Origin: Paragordius varius
Lineage: Eukaryota; Animalia; Nematomorpha
Reading direction: 5' to 3'
Length of the DNA: 64,000 nucleotides
NCBI GenBank assembly: GCA_964247055.1
Contig: OZ176050.1
Location: 14,880,001 to 14,944,000 of the forward strand
The notes under the pieces are model-generated. The model saw nothing but the letters and a program-made list of their open reading frames with translations. It did not search any database and had not been told where the DNA came from. Positions 1 through 14,444 of the stretch are shown here, piece by piece (within the stretch, counting starts at the first letter, position 1; every line of letters begins with the position of its first letter). The position numbers and the translations under genes were made by a program.

Positions 1-1713
1 ATAACACCAGTTTGACCTGGACAGAGGAACATGAGAATAGCTGGAAAGCAGCTAAGATTTGTTAAGCGAAGCTTTAAAACCGTATAATCCAAATAGGAAG
101 TTGATAAGAAAGGTGCGTTTTGGATTTGGATATATTTTAAGTCATGAGCCAATTAGAGGATCCCGATCGCGTTGCCCTCTAAAAAGGTACTAATACTAAA
201 CGAAATTCTCCCGCTATCGAAAGAGAATCGAAAGCATTATTTGTACTAAGAAAGTTTCATAGTTTTGTGTATGGAAGATTACTAATATTAACTGATAACC
301 ATTAGTAAAGTTAACTATTTAAGATCAAAACTTATAAATATACATGCATGCTGAGGTGTAAGATGGATAAATAAGATAAATGAACTTGAGATAAATCAAA
401 AAGGAGCCCATAATAGAACCAATTATATGTTTAGATGGCCGATTGACGAGATCGATGTCTATGACAAAGAAGCGAGGACCCGATATCTGAATTTTTCTAT
501 GATGACGTGCGGCTAAGCATAATTAAGAACCGCGTTAAATCCGGTATTACAGAGAGTCAAAGCGTTAAAATTATTACTGCATTACAGAATTAAAAAAGCA
601 CCCCTTAAGAGAAGTTTGCAATATGGCTTATTAAGTTTAAATGATCGGATTAATACCCAAATCTCTTCTAGTGCTAAACCAGCACAGCGGTCAGAACAAC
701 GTATAATAATAAAGTGGGTAAATTTGGGAGTTTCGAAATTCAAAACAACCTGTTTAAATCAGTAGGTCAGTAGTCAATGAGCTTGCCAACTTAGTTGGCC
801 ACAACCCCAGATTTCCACTTATCAATTAAATCAGAATGTTGCTGTTGTGTCGGAGTGGTTACATGATATAGATGGCGGCAGATGGTTATTATTAATTGAT
901 AACTCATAGAGCCTCCAAATGGGCAAGAGGGTTATTTTAGATAAGGTAACAGCAACTTCTATAAACTAGAAGAACATTTGCAAGGTTTGCTTTCTTAAGA
1001 GGAAGCGACAATGCATCGTATTGTAATAAGTATTTTAATTAAACCTGCATATTAAATTTACCCCTTTTGCTAAAAGGGATGGTAGATAGGTTAATTGATA
1101 CAAATAAATAAATATAGAGAATGGCGCTATATCAACCCAAAGCTTTTAACATTAGCCTATGGGGGCATAGAAACTTTATACACTTGACAACTGATGAAAC
1201 CCCGGCTTCAATGTTCAACGAATACTCCAACCCCCTAACCTGGTTAAATAAGCGATATCAATAATTGCGCCGAACATCATGCCATTAACCCGGTAAGTAT
1301 CAAAGACTAAGTACAGGTTGACAAGCTGGAGAGATCACTGATTCTACAGGATTTTAGTGCAAGTGTGGGACAAAGATCAAGAAAAACTCCTGAAAGAACA
1401 GGCCGATCAAATCATACATTGGCCGAAAGAGCAACCATTCACATTAATTAACACCAGTGATCGCAACCACTTTCATGCAGGATGTTGTAACCTCTGAAAC
1501 TCAACCAGATAAAATCATCAAGACCAATGATGGAATTAAATCGAACACCGAGATAGTCTGAAGCCCAAACAATAATTGTAAGAAAAGTATAAGGAATCAG
1601 AGGCCACAGAAGCAGCCATGACCAGCTCCCCGGCAACTAACCCTACCAAAAAAGACGTTACCCTACAAGAGCCTATCAGAAACCCGTTTTTTGCCGTTAT
1701 AAAAGGGAAGTGC
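1..1713 (+). mobile_element. Degenerate Ty3/Gypsy LTR retrotransposon, 3' part of pol (RT-RNaseH connection, RNase H, integrase), ending at a polypurine tract
   Basis: Frameshifted translation gives LTWTEEHENSW...LKPYNPN...GFGYILSH...IERE...LRKFHSFVYGR (RT/RNase H), WPQP...EWLHDIDGGRWL (integrase core start) and RRYPTR-like C-terminus. The purine run AAAAGGGAAG (1701-1710) is followed by TGTTATAG at 1714, the expected 3' LTR start. Confidence 0.8.
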
Positions 1714-2408
1714 TGTTATAGTTGCACTTTCATTTATATAAAGTACGCTGAAATATAATTTTGCTACATATTAAATTTTTTAAAAAGTTATCATTTTTTT
1801 AATATAGTTAATATAAAAATTTATAATTTCTCTGCATTTTGTAAACTAGCCTATTTCAAACAAGCGAAATTTGGGATTTGAACACTTTATAATTAAAAAC
1901 TCTAAAAAATATTTTTGCTCTATATTTGTAGTTTATGATAATTTTGGTATAATATTTTTTGGAATAAAGCATTTATAGCTTTTTTAACACTCCACCATTT
2001 TCACCCAGAGCGATTCGAAATTTATTTAATAACATTTGAGGTATTAAGCCAAATTTAAAATTATGCTTTCTTTAGCCTTTTAGGCGCATTATACAAGTTT
2101 TTTTAATTGTAAAAAATGCGCCATTTTATACCTATATTTGTTTAAATAGTTGCAACAGCAAAATACATATTATGGCTAAATGTTAATATATCAATGCACT
2201 TCAGGAATCTCCTTGAACACTTCAAGTTGTTCCTTTGACTTTTTTGTTTTGTTTTTAACTTTTATTAATCAAATAATATATCATTCTATTTTATTGTTTT
2301 AACCTATTTCCTATTATTTAACATTAATTTTAAATCAATATCAACTTTTAATCATTCAGAAACCGTATATCTTTATTAATTTCTTAAAATTATTTTAGAT
2401 ATTTATAA

Positions 2409-3529
2409 CACTAGTCGACAAATTTGGACATTTTTCAGCACCACCACTCAAACTTTTTAAATTATGACTAATTTCAGTATTTTAAAACCGAATGTAAAAA
2501 AATTTTTGATCCCGCCAATCAGAATTTAGAAATTTTATAGGTTTTTTAATTTTTCAAAAACAAGAGATCGAGAGAAAATTAAATATAACTTTATAATAAA
2601 ATGTTATTATATTATAAACTTAATATCATTTAATTAAGCGTTTTAAACTCTATCTTTTGAATATAAATATGTCATTTAAATATCAGAGAAAAAAAAATAG
2701 TAGGGACTTAAACGTCAAAATTCAGTCTTTTTTTTCAATTGAATTATTAACACATATAAATTTTTTTTAAAAAAATACTATAGGCATTCTATGGTTTAAA
2801 CCTTCGGCTTTCAGATAGGCTATATTTTTTTGTTAGATTTCGTTCTTTCGAGTACTTATTAGACTTTTTCTCTTGAGTTGGTTCTTATAAAAAATCCTTT
2901 ATTTATACCTAGTGGATATACCTTATTTTTTTAAGATTATTGGTTGTTTTGTATTTTGAATTTCAGATGGATGTTGTGTAGCCACTTTTAGTAGAATTTA
3001 CTGTTATGGGGTTGGACCATTTGTATTTACCTAATTTATATTCAATTTAATTGTAGAATTTATCTAACTTTATTCTGTAAATTGGTTAATTTGACATGTC
3101 AATTTGCCACGATTTTGCTTGCAAGTCTCTCTTATCGGACTTTACGATTACTTATTGTTATCTTTGCCATATAGGATCGCTTGGGGGATATGCAGAGCTT
3201 GTGCAGCCGCCCATATCTATCACACTATACATAAGCCCCTTTTAGATTTTTAATACTTTGGCTCTTAGCTTGTTTAGTATCTTATTTAATGCCTAGAATT
3301 TGTTATACATGCATGGAATATTACTTGTATCGACTTGCTTGTTTGATATTTAAACATATGTTCACGAAAAATGATTGTTATTTTTTTTTTAAAATACAAA
3401 TATAAAAATTATATTTTGGAAAAATCCTATTGGTGGCCTCAATTTTCTTTTTCGTTTTGGCCTTTCCATGCCATTAGGTATCAGAAAATGCAAAAATAAT
3501 GGGGTGGTGCAAAACCTTGTTGAGCAGTG
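2409..3529 (-). mobile_element. Decayed Tc1/mariner-like DNA transposon nested in MITE copy 1
   Basis: Imperfect TIRs CACTAGTCGACAA...GCACCACC (2409) and GGTGGTGC...TTGTTGAGCAGTG (ends 3529) followed by TA. Length is 1.1 kb. Only faint, stop-riddled transposase-like residues are visible on the minus strand. Confidence 0.5.
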
Positions 3530-3544
3530 TAATTTAACATAAAT

Positions 3545-3548
<4 letters not shown>

Positions 3549-3583
<35 letters not shown>
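3549..3583. repeat. (TA)n microsatellite
   Basis: Perfect TA run of about 17 units. Confidence 0.95.
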
Positions 3584-3586
<3 letters not shown>

Positions 3587-5781
3587 TTCTGGGTTATTAG
3601 TTACAATTTTTCATTAAAAACATTTAAAAGGTAATAATTTTGTTGAATGAAAAAAAATAGTTTTAAACAAAAAAGTGGTTTTTCAATAAAAATTTTTATT
3701 TTTAAATGAATAAATATATAATAGTTAGAGAAAATTAGGTTAATAAATAATAAAATAAAAGATTAATGCAAAAATTATGGTTAAATTAAATCTTAATTTT
3801 AATGACCAACTTGAAGTGTTCAAAGACCAACTTGAACTGTTCAAGGACACTCTTGAAGTGCAAATGATATAATAACTTTAAAAAGCTTTCAGGTTAATCC
3901 AAAATTTTATATATTTTAATTTTATATCAGCATTATTAAATTTTTTTAGAGTTTCCCAATTATAGACTCTAGAAGTGACAAATCTGTAAAAAATATTAGC
4001 TTTTTAAATTTATAAAAAGAATGTTTGATAATAAAATTTTAAAATTAACTTTAAACACTGTACGTCAATATAAAAATATAGAAAAGGTTATAAAGTATTA
4101 ATTTTTTTCAGTTTTTATATGAAGTACTTAACAAAAAGGTAATTTTTTCGAATCCCACGGGGCCACAACCAAAAATAGCATGATATTCCTGATAGATTTC
4201 TTATTAGTAATATAATTCAATGTGAACACTAAGTAATATTCCCAGAGCTACATATGGATTTTAAGACAAATGTCCATATAATAAAAACAATTACTTATTG
4301 TCTTAAACAGGACCTGTGTTTATTCCATTATTAATCTCTATAATATTTGACGATCAAAAAAAACATTTCTATTAAACCATAGAAATTGTTTTTGCGGTTG
4401 ATTATTTTACACACCTCACTAGTATATCATATAATATGGAACATTAAAAATTTACTTAGAAAGCCATGAACAAAAATAATTATCTATAAACCAATATCAA
4501 TTTCAGGAGATTGCAGACACCACTCCAAATATACATGCGTCGGTTATATGTGACAATGTAACTCATACAATAAAATCGAATTCTAACTTTAGAATTATAG
4601 GCTAATTAACCATATACTAAACAATTGTAAAATTAAATCCAACCAAAATACGCTCAACATATGTGACAACCAACGTAAATACCTTGAAAAATAAGCCACT
4701 GAATGTTAGACTCTAACCCACGGGTGTCATAAGGATGAATTCAACATCCTTGGAGAAAAATTAATTCCATTAAAAATAATACGTCAAACAACAATAAATG
4801 GCTAATATACCATTCAGAAGTCAGGTCAGATATTTAATACGCCACAAACCGGCCTCTAAATAACAAACCTTGCCGGAAAGTTGAATACTAAAAATAAATT
4901 TTATAACAATGTTGCGACTCGCCAAAATGACACAGTATAAAATTTTATACAAAAAAGACATTAATATTTAAGCGACATTAAACGTCTACAAACCGGACCG
5001 GTTTCCCTAGGTTTAGCTTGACTTTCTGATGTGAGTTTATAATACTAAATAAAGTTTTTGAATATCAAGGTCATGACCACGCATAATAAAATGAAATTTT
5101 AACGTATTATTTTAAATAATAACTTTTAAAAACCTAATTTCTTGAAATAAAATAATCTTTTTTAAAATACGACGCAACTGTATCCCCCGGTGTATCCCCA
5201 TTTACCTAAGCTACACTACTCACCTCAAAATAGAAAACATATCGAAACTCATGGAAACAACCTTAAAGAATTTCAGACCTAATATGAAAACACAAAACAT
5301 GTCATAAAAACATTAAACCTCAACACTATCAGGTGTCTCTATGGACAAAATAAAAAGGTAATTTATTAGATACTTCAAATATGAATTAACGATATATCCT
5401 TTTGAGCTTTAATAAATTTTAAACAACTTAATACCATTTAGAAAAATTCCGTAATCATTTGTTTTTGACAATTTATTGGGATTAAACTATAAATTAATTT
5501 ATGACTTTATCATGAAAAATACTCGGGATCCCCCCTCCCCTTTCCCGTTAAAATTTATTCTATCGCAAAATCTATTATCAAAAATTGCAATAAATGGTTA
5601 AAATATGTGTTTGAACTGTACTGTTTTCATTTTATCTAAATGCGAATAATTTTTACAACGTGTTTTTCACCTTTCTTGTACTACGGGGTCAAATACAAAA
5701 ATTTATATATATAATATATATATCTAATACAATTTTACAATTATATTTGGATTTACCTGTTTAAATTAATCCCCGAAAATT

Positions 5782-8700
5782 ATGGTAGGAAATCCACAAA
5801 TGTTGATATGCTCATTTGTCACATTGATAACGATTAGGACAATATTTAGTGCTGAAGTTATTTATTTTCACCAACCTGAACACCATGAACACAGAAACCT
5901 CAATTATGAGAAGCCAGATACGTTTCAAGGTTAATTAATGTTTTTTACAGTTTATAACACTAGACAACAAATTTTTCTTTCACTCAAGATATTTGCATTT
6001 TCCTATATTTACAGTAAATAAATCTGAAATAAAAATTATAAATCGTAAGAATTCTGTAAAATATGATTTTTTATGCGTCCTCTTTATCAAAATTTTATTA
6101 AAAAATGTTTCAAGTGCCCATTTATAATATACCGACCGAAAGAGTATTGAAACTCTATATAATACTAATGTGTTTTACATCGATAGTGAATATTGGACAC
6201 ATGAAGCGACAAACGCGCAAAGCCAGAGCGTTTTTCTTAGTTCCTTTTCAACGCTTGACATTAGAAAGAGAATAGGATTGGGTAGAAAAGCGAGATCAAA
6301 TTAATAAATTCGGAATAACAAGAGCGTAGGGTTTGAAAAAAAATACTCTGTTTTGTTCTCCCGGTCACCTCGTATTGTTAGAGCTGAACTCTCAGAAAAA
6401 GAGACAAAGAAAGGCTCATGGTTTTTGAAAGGAGCTGCTGGCGTAGGATGCTAGGATACACCAGGAAGGATAAAATTAAGAATGGAAATCTAATACAGAA
6501 ATAAAGCCTAAAACAAACATCCTGGAGATAATTCTATAAAGAAAGTTAACATATTTTAATCATGTAATGCGATCGAATTCTCTAGAGAAAGATACAATGT
6601 TTAGAAAGGTAGAAGGACAAAGGAAATGAGGCCGACCACCGATGAAATGGTTGGATATGTAAAAGAAGAAACTAAAATGACATTAAACGATCTCAATGTA
6701 ACGGTAAAAGATAGAAGGAAGTGAAAATCAATAGTGAAAACTATATCCAAAAAGTCCTTTACGACTTAAGAATAATTAACCAACATATTTTTAAAAATAA
6801 TGGATTTTATCTTAAATATTGACCTGGAAACAATGAATCTCTATTATAAATAACAGTCCTTAATTTTTTAGCTTGGGAAAAAAGTTTTTTGGGTTATTTA
6901 AATAATGTATGTTTCATAGCCAATAAAATATTTAGATTCGTTGGGTGTAGAATTATTAATTGGGCGAATTTCCTTTGCAGTAATAACTGGAACTTTACGG
7001 ACAAAACGTAATAAAACAAATATTTTTTTCAAGCTACAACCATACTTTTTTAAATCTAAATCTTTCCCATATAAATGATTTATATACAATTATAAAATTT
7101 TGTTACCAATATACACTACATACTTGGAAATTTTTAGCAAATAATTAAATAAAAAATCAAGATTTAAAAAGTATGTATCTTTAGGAAAAAAATATTTGTC
7201 TTTATTTTTTTATCGTCCGTATAATTTCAATAAAAATTAATCATTATAAAATAATCTTTGCCATATTCTTCCTTTTAAAATTATTATTAAAATAAATTAA
7301 ATAAAACATTAATTTTATGTCTTTCTATTATTAGTTTCAACTTGAAAAATTTTAAATAATTAAGAAATGTAATTTTACAGATAATTAAAAATTAAAAATG
7401 GTTTTTCATTTGTCGAATAAAATAACCGGTCAGACCAAAGGCCTAGCTTGCATTTTTGGTATGAACATGCAACGCCCCTGGCATTTTTAAAAATAATTGA
7501 ATTACAATAGTGCTCATTTATGGGCGATATTTTTATGTATTATTTAAAATAATAATAAATATAATTAAAATTGAAAATCGAACGCCTGCTTACTCATGGC
7601 GCTCGGTCTAATCCCCATTTCCCACCCCAAAACAGTAAGTTATAATTAAAGTATTCCCTGTCTTTTGAATAGAATATTTGTTTTATGCTTTTATATTTTG
7701 CCTGTATAATTCCAATTTTTCTACAGTGCCGTGTTTAAATGCCTTTATACCAGGTCACAACCAATAGGAGTTGTAAATGTACAAAATGATGTTTTATTTT
7801 TCTTTTCATTTTTATGAACAATATCTAATAGATGTTTGCGAATTATCTGAACTCACAATTGAGCAATATCAGAATGTATCAGAACAAGATTTACCTGATA
7901 TATTTTTGCCAAATTCAGATATGCTTTTGAGGAAAACGCATGATACCTTTATTTTACCCGTGCCTCAAACTAAAGAGGAATACGATAATGCTTTTAGTTA
8001 TGTCCCTGATGGGAATTATTACTTTACTGTAAATGCCCTATTATCTTATGGATATTCGGTTAGTATATACACTTTACTCCGAAATTTAACAATAAAATCA
8101 CTATATCTTTTATATTATTAATATTTTTCGCCATAACTGATAAATTAATTTACCTTCATAAAGAGTTTGTTTCAATTAAAATATCCTTGATAAAATTATA
8201 TTCAAAATTTAAATGTTTTAAAGTTAAGGAAGCTTAATCTTTACAGGCACCATTCCATAATTTAATAGCTCCTAAATAATCAATATTAATCAAACAAACT
8301 GTCTCTTACATTTTAGTTTTATATGGATATACCGCCGAACGTTGACATAATGTCATTGATTGGGGTTCAGGGCAGCTATCAACGAAAATATGGGAGGGCA
8401 CCCCAACAAAACTTCATGCAAATCTCCAATTTCACCACAAAAGATATTTTGGGTGATGTCCAGCTTCGTTCTGAATTTACGGTATTAATATTATAGGGCA
8501 GGACTGGCAAATTTTAATATATCGCGGGCTATTTTTTTGGAAGAAAATTTGAATATTAAGTGTTTAAAAATTTATTAAATTTTTAACAAATGATGCAAAG
8601 ATGCACATAATTTCATATACGGATTTAAGTGACTAGCACAGGATTTTAAAATTAATATTACGTGCGAAAAATAATTATAATAGTTATTTTTATTTATATA

Positions 8701-10987
8701 TTAATTTTATCATAATACATAAATGCAATAAATAAGTGTTATCAAAAAAACTTTCTGTTTTTAACTATCGACGGAAAACATCTTAGTACGCATTTTATAC
8801 AATTTTTATTACTCTTTCGAATTACAAATGAGCATTTGTTGTATATTTTCAAAGAAAAACTTTATTAGTAAAATTTTAATAGAGGGCTCATATTAAATTA
8901 TACAAAATTTTTAGGCGAAACATAATTTATATTTCATATTTACTGTTAAAATGATAAATTTGAAAATGCAAAAAAACTCGAGTGGCAGAAAAATTTGTTG
9001 TCGAGTGTAATCAAGTGTCATCTTGCGACGGATTTTAGATAATTGACGTAAAAAATAGATTTGTAGCTCATGGCAGAGATCTCTATAATTTACCATATTT
9101 TATGGATTTCTGCATAAGAAGTTTCATATCAGGGGTAGCCAACACGCGGGGCCCTTTGAGACCTATGATTTGCAAAAAACATGTTCACAAAATCTTATTA
9201 AAATTGATATTCCTTTGACAATTTTTTCTCAAGTTCAAATTAACAAAACCGGAAAAAATTGTAGCATTCCGTTTTCATTATTAAATAATTGAGAATGCCC
9301 TTTTGACTCGAAAGCCATTTGTGTTGGACACCCCTGTTTATTGTGTTAAAGATATCGGTTTTGATATAATTATCTAGTTAATTCAGATGTAGGATGGTTA
9401 AGCCGTGCTGCATTTTTAGAAAGATTAGACAATTTTTACCACAAATTAGTCTATTTTACAAAAGAAAATTATTCATCACCACAATTAACAGATTTAAAAT
9501 CGCTTCTTAATCCTGCTTATTGATGAGATATATCAGAAAAATTGTACATTGCAAATCAATCTAATATATTAAATTTTTCTAATTTAAAGTAATCTTTCTT
9601 AAAATTTTTTTGATTAAGATCAACACCTCCTAAATAGTTGTGTTTATAGATGGGGATACGATTTTTACGATTCATAATATTCTTTTTGTCTTCACTAATA
9701 AAAGCCTCTTTCCAAATTTCTCCGCCCTGAAAGGATTTGTTGTTTTCTATTAGGATTTTTGGTATTTTAAATTGCAATTATGGATTATTTTATTTTTGTC
9801 ATTCAAAAGCAGTATTTCTGCTCATAACTTTGTTGCTCTTTCAAAACTTGATTGTTAATTTGCCAATATCTGAATTAAATTTTGCTAGTTACTGTGAAGC
9901 TTAGTAGAATGTACATTTGCTTTTATAGGCAAAGTCACCGTTTGTATATCAAACAAATACATTTATCATTAAATATAAATTTTTACCATTCATTCTATAC
10001 GATATATTTTATGTTTTTCCTGGCTTGACTTTTTAACCATACTACAATATAAGTTTAAAGGATACCTGCATGTGTTTTTAGCTAAATAACAATTGTTTAA
10101 GACATCATAAATTATTTGATAGCTTACATATGATTAAATCAACACTTAAAAAAATAATATACCTTAAATAAATTTTGTTAACAAGTTAATTTCAAATACA
10201 AAATATAAAAATTAAAAAATTACATGCTAAAACACGTTTTGAAATCTCGCGGACACGAAGTCGACCGCGGTCGTTTGTTGGCCACCCCTGTGCTCATGAA
10301 GATTTTTTATAGAAACATATTTTTTGAAACAATTACCATTTCACGTATCGTTATTAGTGCCATGAAATCTTTTGTAAATTCCAAAAATTTGCTTATAATT
10401 AATAATCGATAAAGATTGATAAAAATTTCCATTAAAATAATAATGTAGATTTAACAATGTTCTTTTATTGGTTTTAGCTTCGCATACGTCAAGAAAGTCA
10501 GGGCCTTTTAACGTATAATTTGGTTTTCCCACAATTTGTGTTAAGTCGAAAAATCCTTAATCACAATCTTAAATATCTTTGCCAAATTGTTATGAAGCAT
10601 TCGCAAACACACGAATTTTTAGAGGAGGAATCCACCGTTCCCTCGCTCAAGTTTGAATTTCACCCATGTGAAACAGGTATACAGTAGATTAAGAGTCAAA
10701 CTACAGAAAAATTTGAAAAAGACAAATATTTTTTTTAAAAAAGAAATATAAACACCGTTTTCCGTTGCCACGTATAGGTTTAGATATGTAAATTGTCAAT
10801 AGACTTGATTGCTTACATTTGTTGGATAATTTATGTGTAGTTCTTTTCGTAAAATGTTTACGCACCAATTTTTGTAAAAGTACCCTTTTTTATTTTCGAC
10901 TGTGGTTTTGATAAAATACAAAACACTTCCGAATCCAGGGTTCCTACGGTGTCCTTGTTTATTGGTCTAATATTTCTAACATGCTGA
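5782..10987 (+). CDS. Candidate multi-exon gene, unknown secreted or surface protein (signal peptide, hydrophobic C-terminus); exon chain only partly resolved
   Basis: Open, splice-site-bounded segments: 5782-5929 (MVGNPQMLICSFVTLITIRTIFSAEV..., signal-peptide-like), 6920-~6979/7007, 7727-, ~7832-8057 (DVCELSEL...SYGYS), ~8317-~8490 (FYMDIPPNV...SEFT), ~9386- and 10478-10676 (66 open codons). The last is 10881-10987 (...RVPTVSLFIGLIFLTC*). Several joins are phase-compatible. No family recognised. Confidence 0.5.
6250..6775 (+). mobile_element. 3' fragment of an RTE/BovB-like LINE in intron 1 of the candidate gene
   Basis: Decayed translation DIRKRIGLGRKA...RLMVFERSCWRRML...KLTYFNHVMRSNSLEKDTM.RKVEGQRK.GRPPMKWLD...KDRRKW matches the RTE/BovB ORF C-terminus pattern. 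Confidence 0.8.
9130..9336. mobile_element. Small hAT (Charlie-like) MITE
   Basis: TIRs CAGGGGTAGCCAACAC ... GTGTTGGACACCCCTG; the 8-bp TSD is degraded. A second orphan right end TGTTGGCCACCCCTG ends at 10290. Confidence 0.65.
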
Positions 10988-11714
10988 TAACCCTAAATTA
11001 TTATAATGTAAATAACCGGTTGTAAAAATAGAAACTGTTAAGGCACATATTACAGAAAACATATTATTTTTGGAATCAAATAAACGATACAATCTTATTG
11101 AATAATTCAGAAGCGCACAAGAATCGAAAAGGAATGATATAGGATAAAATGATTATTTCCACGCATTATTGTCATTTATTTTTGTTTTAAAAGAATGTGG
11201 TAAAGGCCACGTAAAATCGTGCCCAAATTATATTTTATAAATTTATAATAATGAAAGATGAAAGTTGTCATATTATTAAGATTATTGGATTAAGTTTTTT
11301 AACCACGACATATAATATCAAATTATGGAAACTAAAACTGTGACGACATTTTTAATGATCACTTTTATTAGATAAAATGTTTGCCAATTGTATTTATTCG
11401 CATTAGTCCCTAAAATATCAGATTACTGCTCTCGGTAAATAAGATGGTGATGAAATTGACCCTAAACGCTTAGGTGAATAAAAAAATCTTAAGTTAGATT
11501 ATAACTAAATACTCCGCTTTGTACCAGCTGTGTTGTTAAACTACCTGTCTACGAAAACATTATGTAATTGTCAAAAACAAAATACCTATAACTCACATTC
11601 CACTGACACTATTTTGAATTTTATAAAAAATTATTTATGATTGCTTATATTTTAATAGCGTGTCAATTCTAAATCTATCAAAATTACAAAAAAATAATTT
11701 GATTACTATAAAAT

Positions 11715-14100
11715 AGGAGAGGTTTTGAACCTTGGCACGGCGGAAAAGGTTACGGGGTTATAAATGAAGAAGGGGCTAGTTTATTAAGATTTGCCCAATC
11801 TTATAACTTTGCTATAACAAATACTTTTTTTACGAAAAGGGATAGCCACTTAGTTACCTACGAAAGTGGAAATAAGAAGTCACAAATTGATAATATTCTA
11901 GTGCCACGAAAGTCTTTAAAGTTTGTTTTGGACTGCAAAGTGATACCTAACTTGCAGATTAGCACACAACACAATTTAATTATGTGTAAATATATGACAG
12001 ATATACCAATAAATGCCAAAAAGCCTAAGCTTATAGCGCCGAAGGTAATTAAATGGGATTCTCTAAGAAACAGTAAAGAAAGATTTGTAGAAACGGTAGG
12101 CATACTAGACAGGAACAGTGATCCAGAAAGTGTTGGGTCTCAGGTGGCAAAAAAAATAAAAGAGGCGGGAGTTAAGGTGTGCGGAATGAAAGGTGGCAGA
12201 AACCAGGTTTATAGAGAGGCATGGCTGAAAGACGAAAAAATAATTCTGAAATCGCGAGAGAAAAGAAAAGCTTTTAAAATGTGGAGGTTTACCCACCAAG
12301 CAGAAGACAAGGAAAAATATAAAAGGATTAATAAGGAACTTAAAAGGCTTGTAAGATTTGTCAAAAAAGAAAAGACGGCATCATTATATGAAGAGTTGAA
12401 CAGTAAGCAAGGTCTAAACAAAGTTTTTAAAATTGCTCGACAAAGACACAGAAGAAAGCTGGATTTGCCCCCTTACGCGACAGCTATTAAAGATAAAAAA
12501 GGCAAATTACTCATTGAGGAAGCGAAAATATTGAAAAGGTGGAAAGAATATTTCCAGGAGCTTGAATTGGGCGTCAGTGAAACAAGTTTACCCGAAACAC
12601 CAGATTATATATCTGCTCATATTGAAAGTATAACAAAGGAAGAAGTCCAGGCTGGTTTAGAAAATGTCAATAAATAAGGCTGCAGGTCCAGACGATATTA
12701 ACATAAACTGTTGGAAAATATTGTCAGAAAAAGGTATTGAATTTTTAGCAGATATTTTTAATAATGTAGTTACTACAGGTTTGATACCAACCGAATGGAA
12801 GGAGAGTTTCACTGTTCCCATTTTCAAGGGTAAAGGAGATATTAATGATTGTAATAATTACAGAGGGATAAGATTGATGTCGCATACAATGAAGTTTTTT
12901 GAGAAAGTACTAGAGAAAAGAATAAGAAAAATGGTTAGTATTGAGGGTAATCAATTTGGTTTTATTCCAGGAAAATCCACCATTGATCCAATTCACGCAG
13001 TAAGAAGGCTCATCGAGAAGCATATAGAAATGAAAAAGGAGTTGCATGGTATTTGTATTGATATTGAAAAGGCATTATACCTCGGAGCACAATATGGTGG
13101 AGCTTAAGACGGAAAAAGGTCCCTGAAAGTTACATAAAGATTTTAAAAAGCATGTACGAATCACACCAAACCAAAATTAAAACACACCAGGGAATATCAG
13201 GTCCTATTACAATAAACGAAGGGGACTATCAGGGGTCTGCAATCAGCCCGTTACTATTTATAATATGCATGGACGAAATTTCAAAAGAAGTAGGACAACA
13301 TGATGGCTGGTATTTTTTTTATGCAGACGACCTAATAGTCCTGTCCGACGAGTTGCATGAATTAAAAGAATCGGTGGGTAAATGGATTGATGTGTTACGA
13401 CGATGCGGATTATAAGTTAACAAAAAGAAAACGGAACTGATAAATTTTGGTGGGAAAAAACGAGAAATAGAATTAGAAGAAGGGTGGGTATTAAAAGGTC
13501 AGGAAGAATGCAAATATTTAGGAGCAATATTAGCAGCTGATGGATCTTTAACACTTGATATTAATTTAAGAATTCGAAATAGTTGGGCAAATTACAAAAA
13601 GATCTCAAGTGTTTTTGCGACAAAAATATTGACCTAAAAGTAAAGGGTAAGATTTACAGTGCTGTTGTACAACCAAAAATGATGTACAACTCACAGCCAT
13701 GGGCAATAAAGAAATCAGAAGAGAGGCACTTTGAGGTTACTGAAATGAGAATGCTTAGATTGATGTGCGGTGCAACGAGGAAAGACAAGGTGAAGAATGT
13801 TTACATAAGAGGAAGTACGGAAATCAAATCGGTAACGCAAAAGATGATGGTAAATCGTTTAAGATGGTTTGGACATGTTGAAAGAAGAGATAAAAATTAC
13901 ATTGGTAAAAAGATTGATGATTATATTGTAAAAGGCAAGAGGGGAAAAGGGCGCCCTAAAACGCGATGGATAGATACAGTTAAGAGGGACATGGCAAAAC
14001 CGAACCTAAAACGCGAAGACGCCTTAGACAGGGTTCTATGGCGAAATAGTTTACGGATATGACCGCTCGAAAGAGTGATATCATATAATGTAATTATTAT
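11715..14100 (+). mobile_element. 5'-truncated, frameshifted RTE-clade LINE (APE endonuclease C-half plus reverse transcriptase)
   Basis: EN motifs GGKGYGVINEEG...NTFF.KRDSHLVTYESG..SQID and CKVIP...TQH. RT motifs GPDDI, NYRGIRLMSHTMK, QFGFIPGKST, QGSAISPLLF, YADD. C-terminal RLRWFGHVERR and GRPKTRW. The ORF is broken into at least 4 pieces and has a short (TTA)-like tail. Confidence 0.95.
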
Positions 14101-14402
14101 TATCATAATGGTGAATAGTAAGTCAGTTGTTTACGCATTTTGATGTTCGCCTTTACTCGCTTATATGGCCTTTAATTCCTATATTTGTCCCATTTTATAT
14201 TAAAATTTCAGTATGAGTCCATAATATTTTTTTGATAAAGACTTTACTATAAAAGTCGAAAATTAAAATATATATTTTTTATATTTGTACGCATTTCAGC
14301 TTAATTTTTTTAATAAATGTAATAAATACAATGCTTAATTCTCTCATTTTAACATAATAAAGCATTTCAGTGTTTAAAAATATAATATTAAAGAGTATTT
14401 AA

Positions 14403-14408
<6 letters not shown>

Positions 14409-14440
<32 letters not shown>
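14409..14440. repeat. (TA)n microsatellite
   Basis: Perfect TA run of 16 units. Confidence 0.95.

Positions 14441-14444
<4 letters not shown>

Larger units (their letters stand above)
2189..3869. mobile_element. MITE family 1 (TIRs with 21-bp subterminal repeats), copy 1, split by a nested Tc1-like relic
   Basis: Left end TATCAATGCACTTCAGG..CCTTGAACACTTCAAG and right end GTTCAAGGACACTCTTGAAGTGCAAATGATA are inverted. The internal AT-rich body matches the copies at 18317, 48066 and 60791. Flanks are TATA. Confidence 0.8.

Noticed and set aside
1448-1636. 62-aa hydrophobic minus-strand ORF
   Set aside because: It is antisense to the Gypsy integrase tail and has no independent support.
9556-9777. 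Minus-strand ORF with YKHNYLGGVDL, reminiscent of the piggyBac YN..MGGVD motif
   Set aside because: The motif is short, no other transposase motifs or TTAA-bounded TIRs were found, and it overlaps a candidate gene on the other strand.
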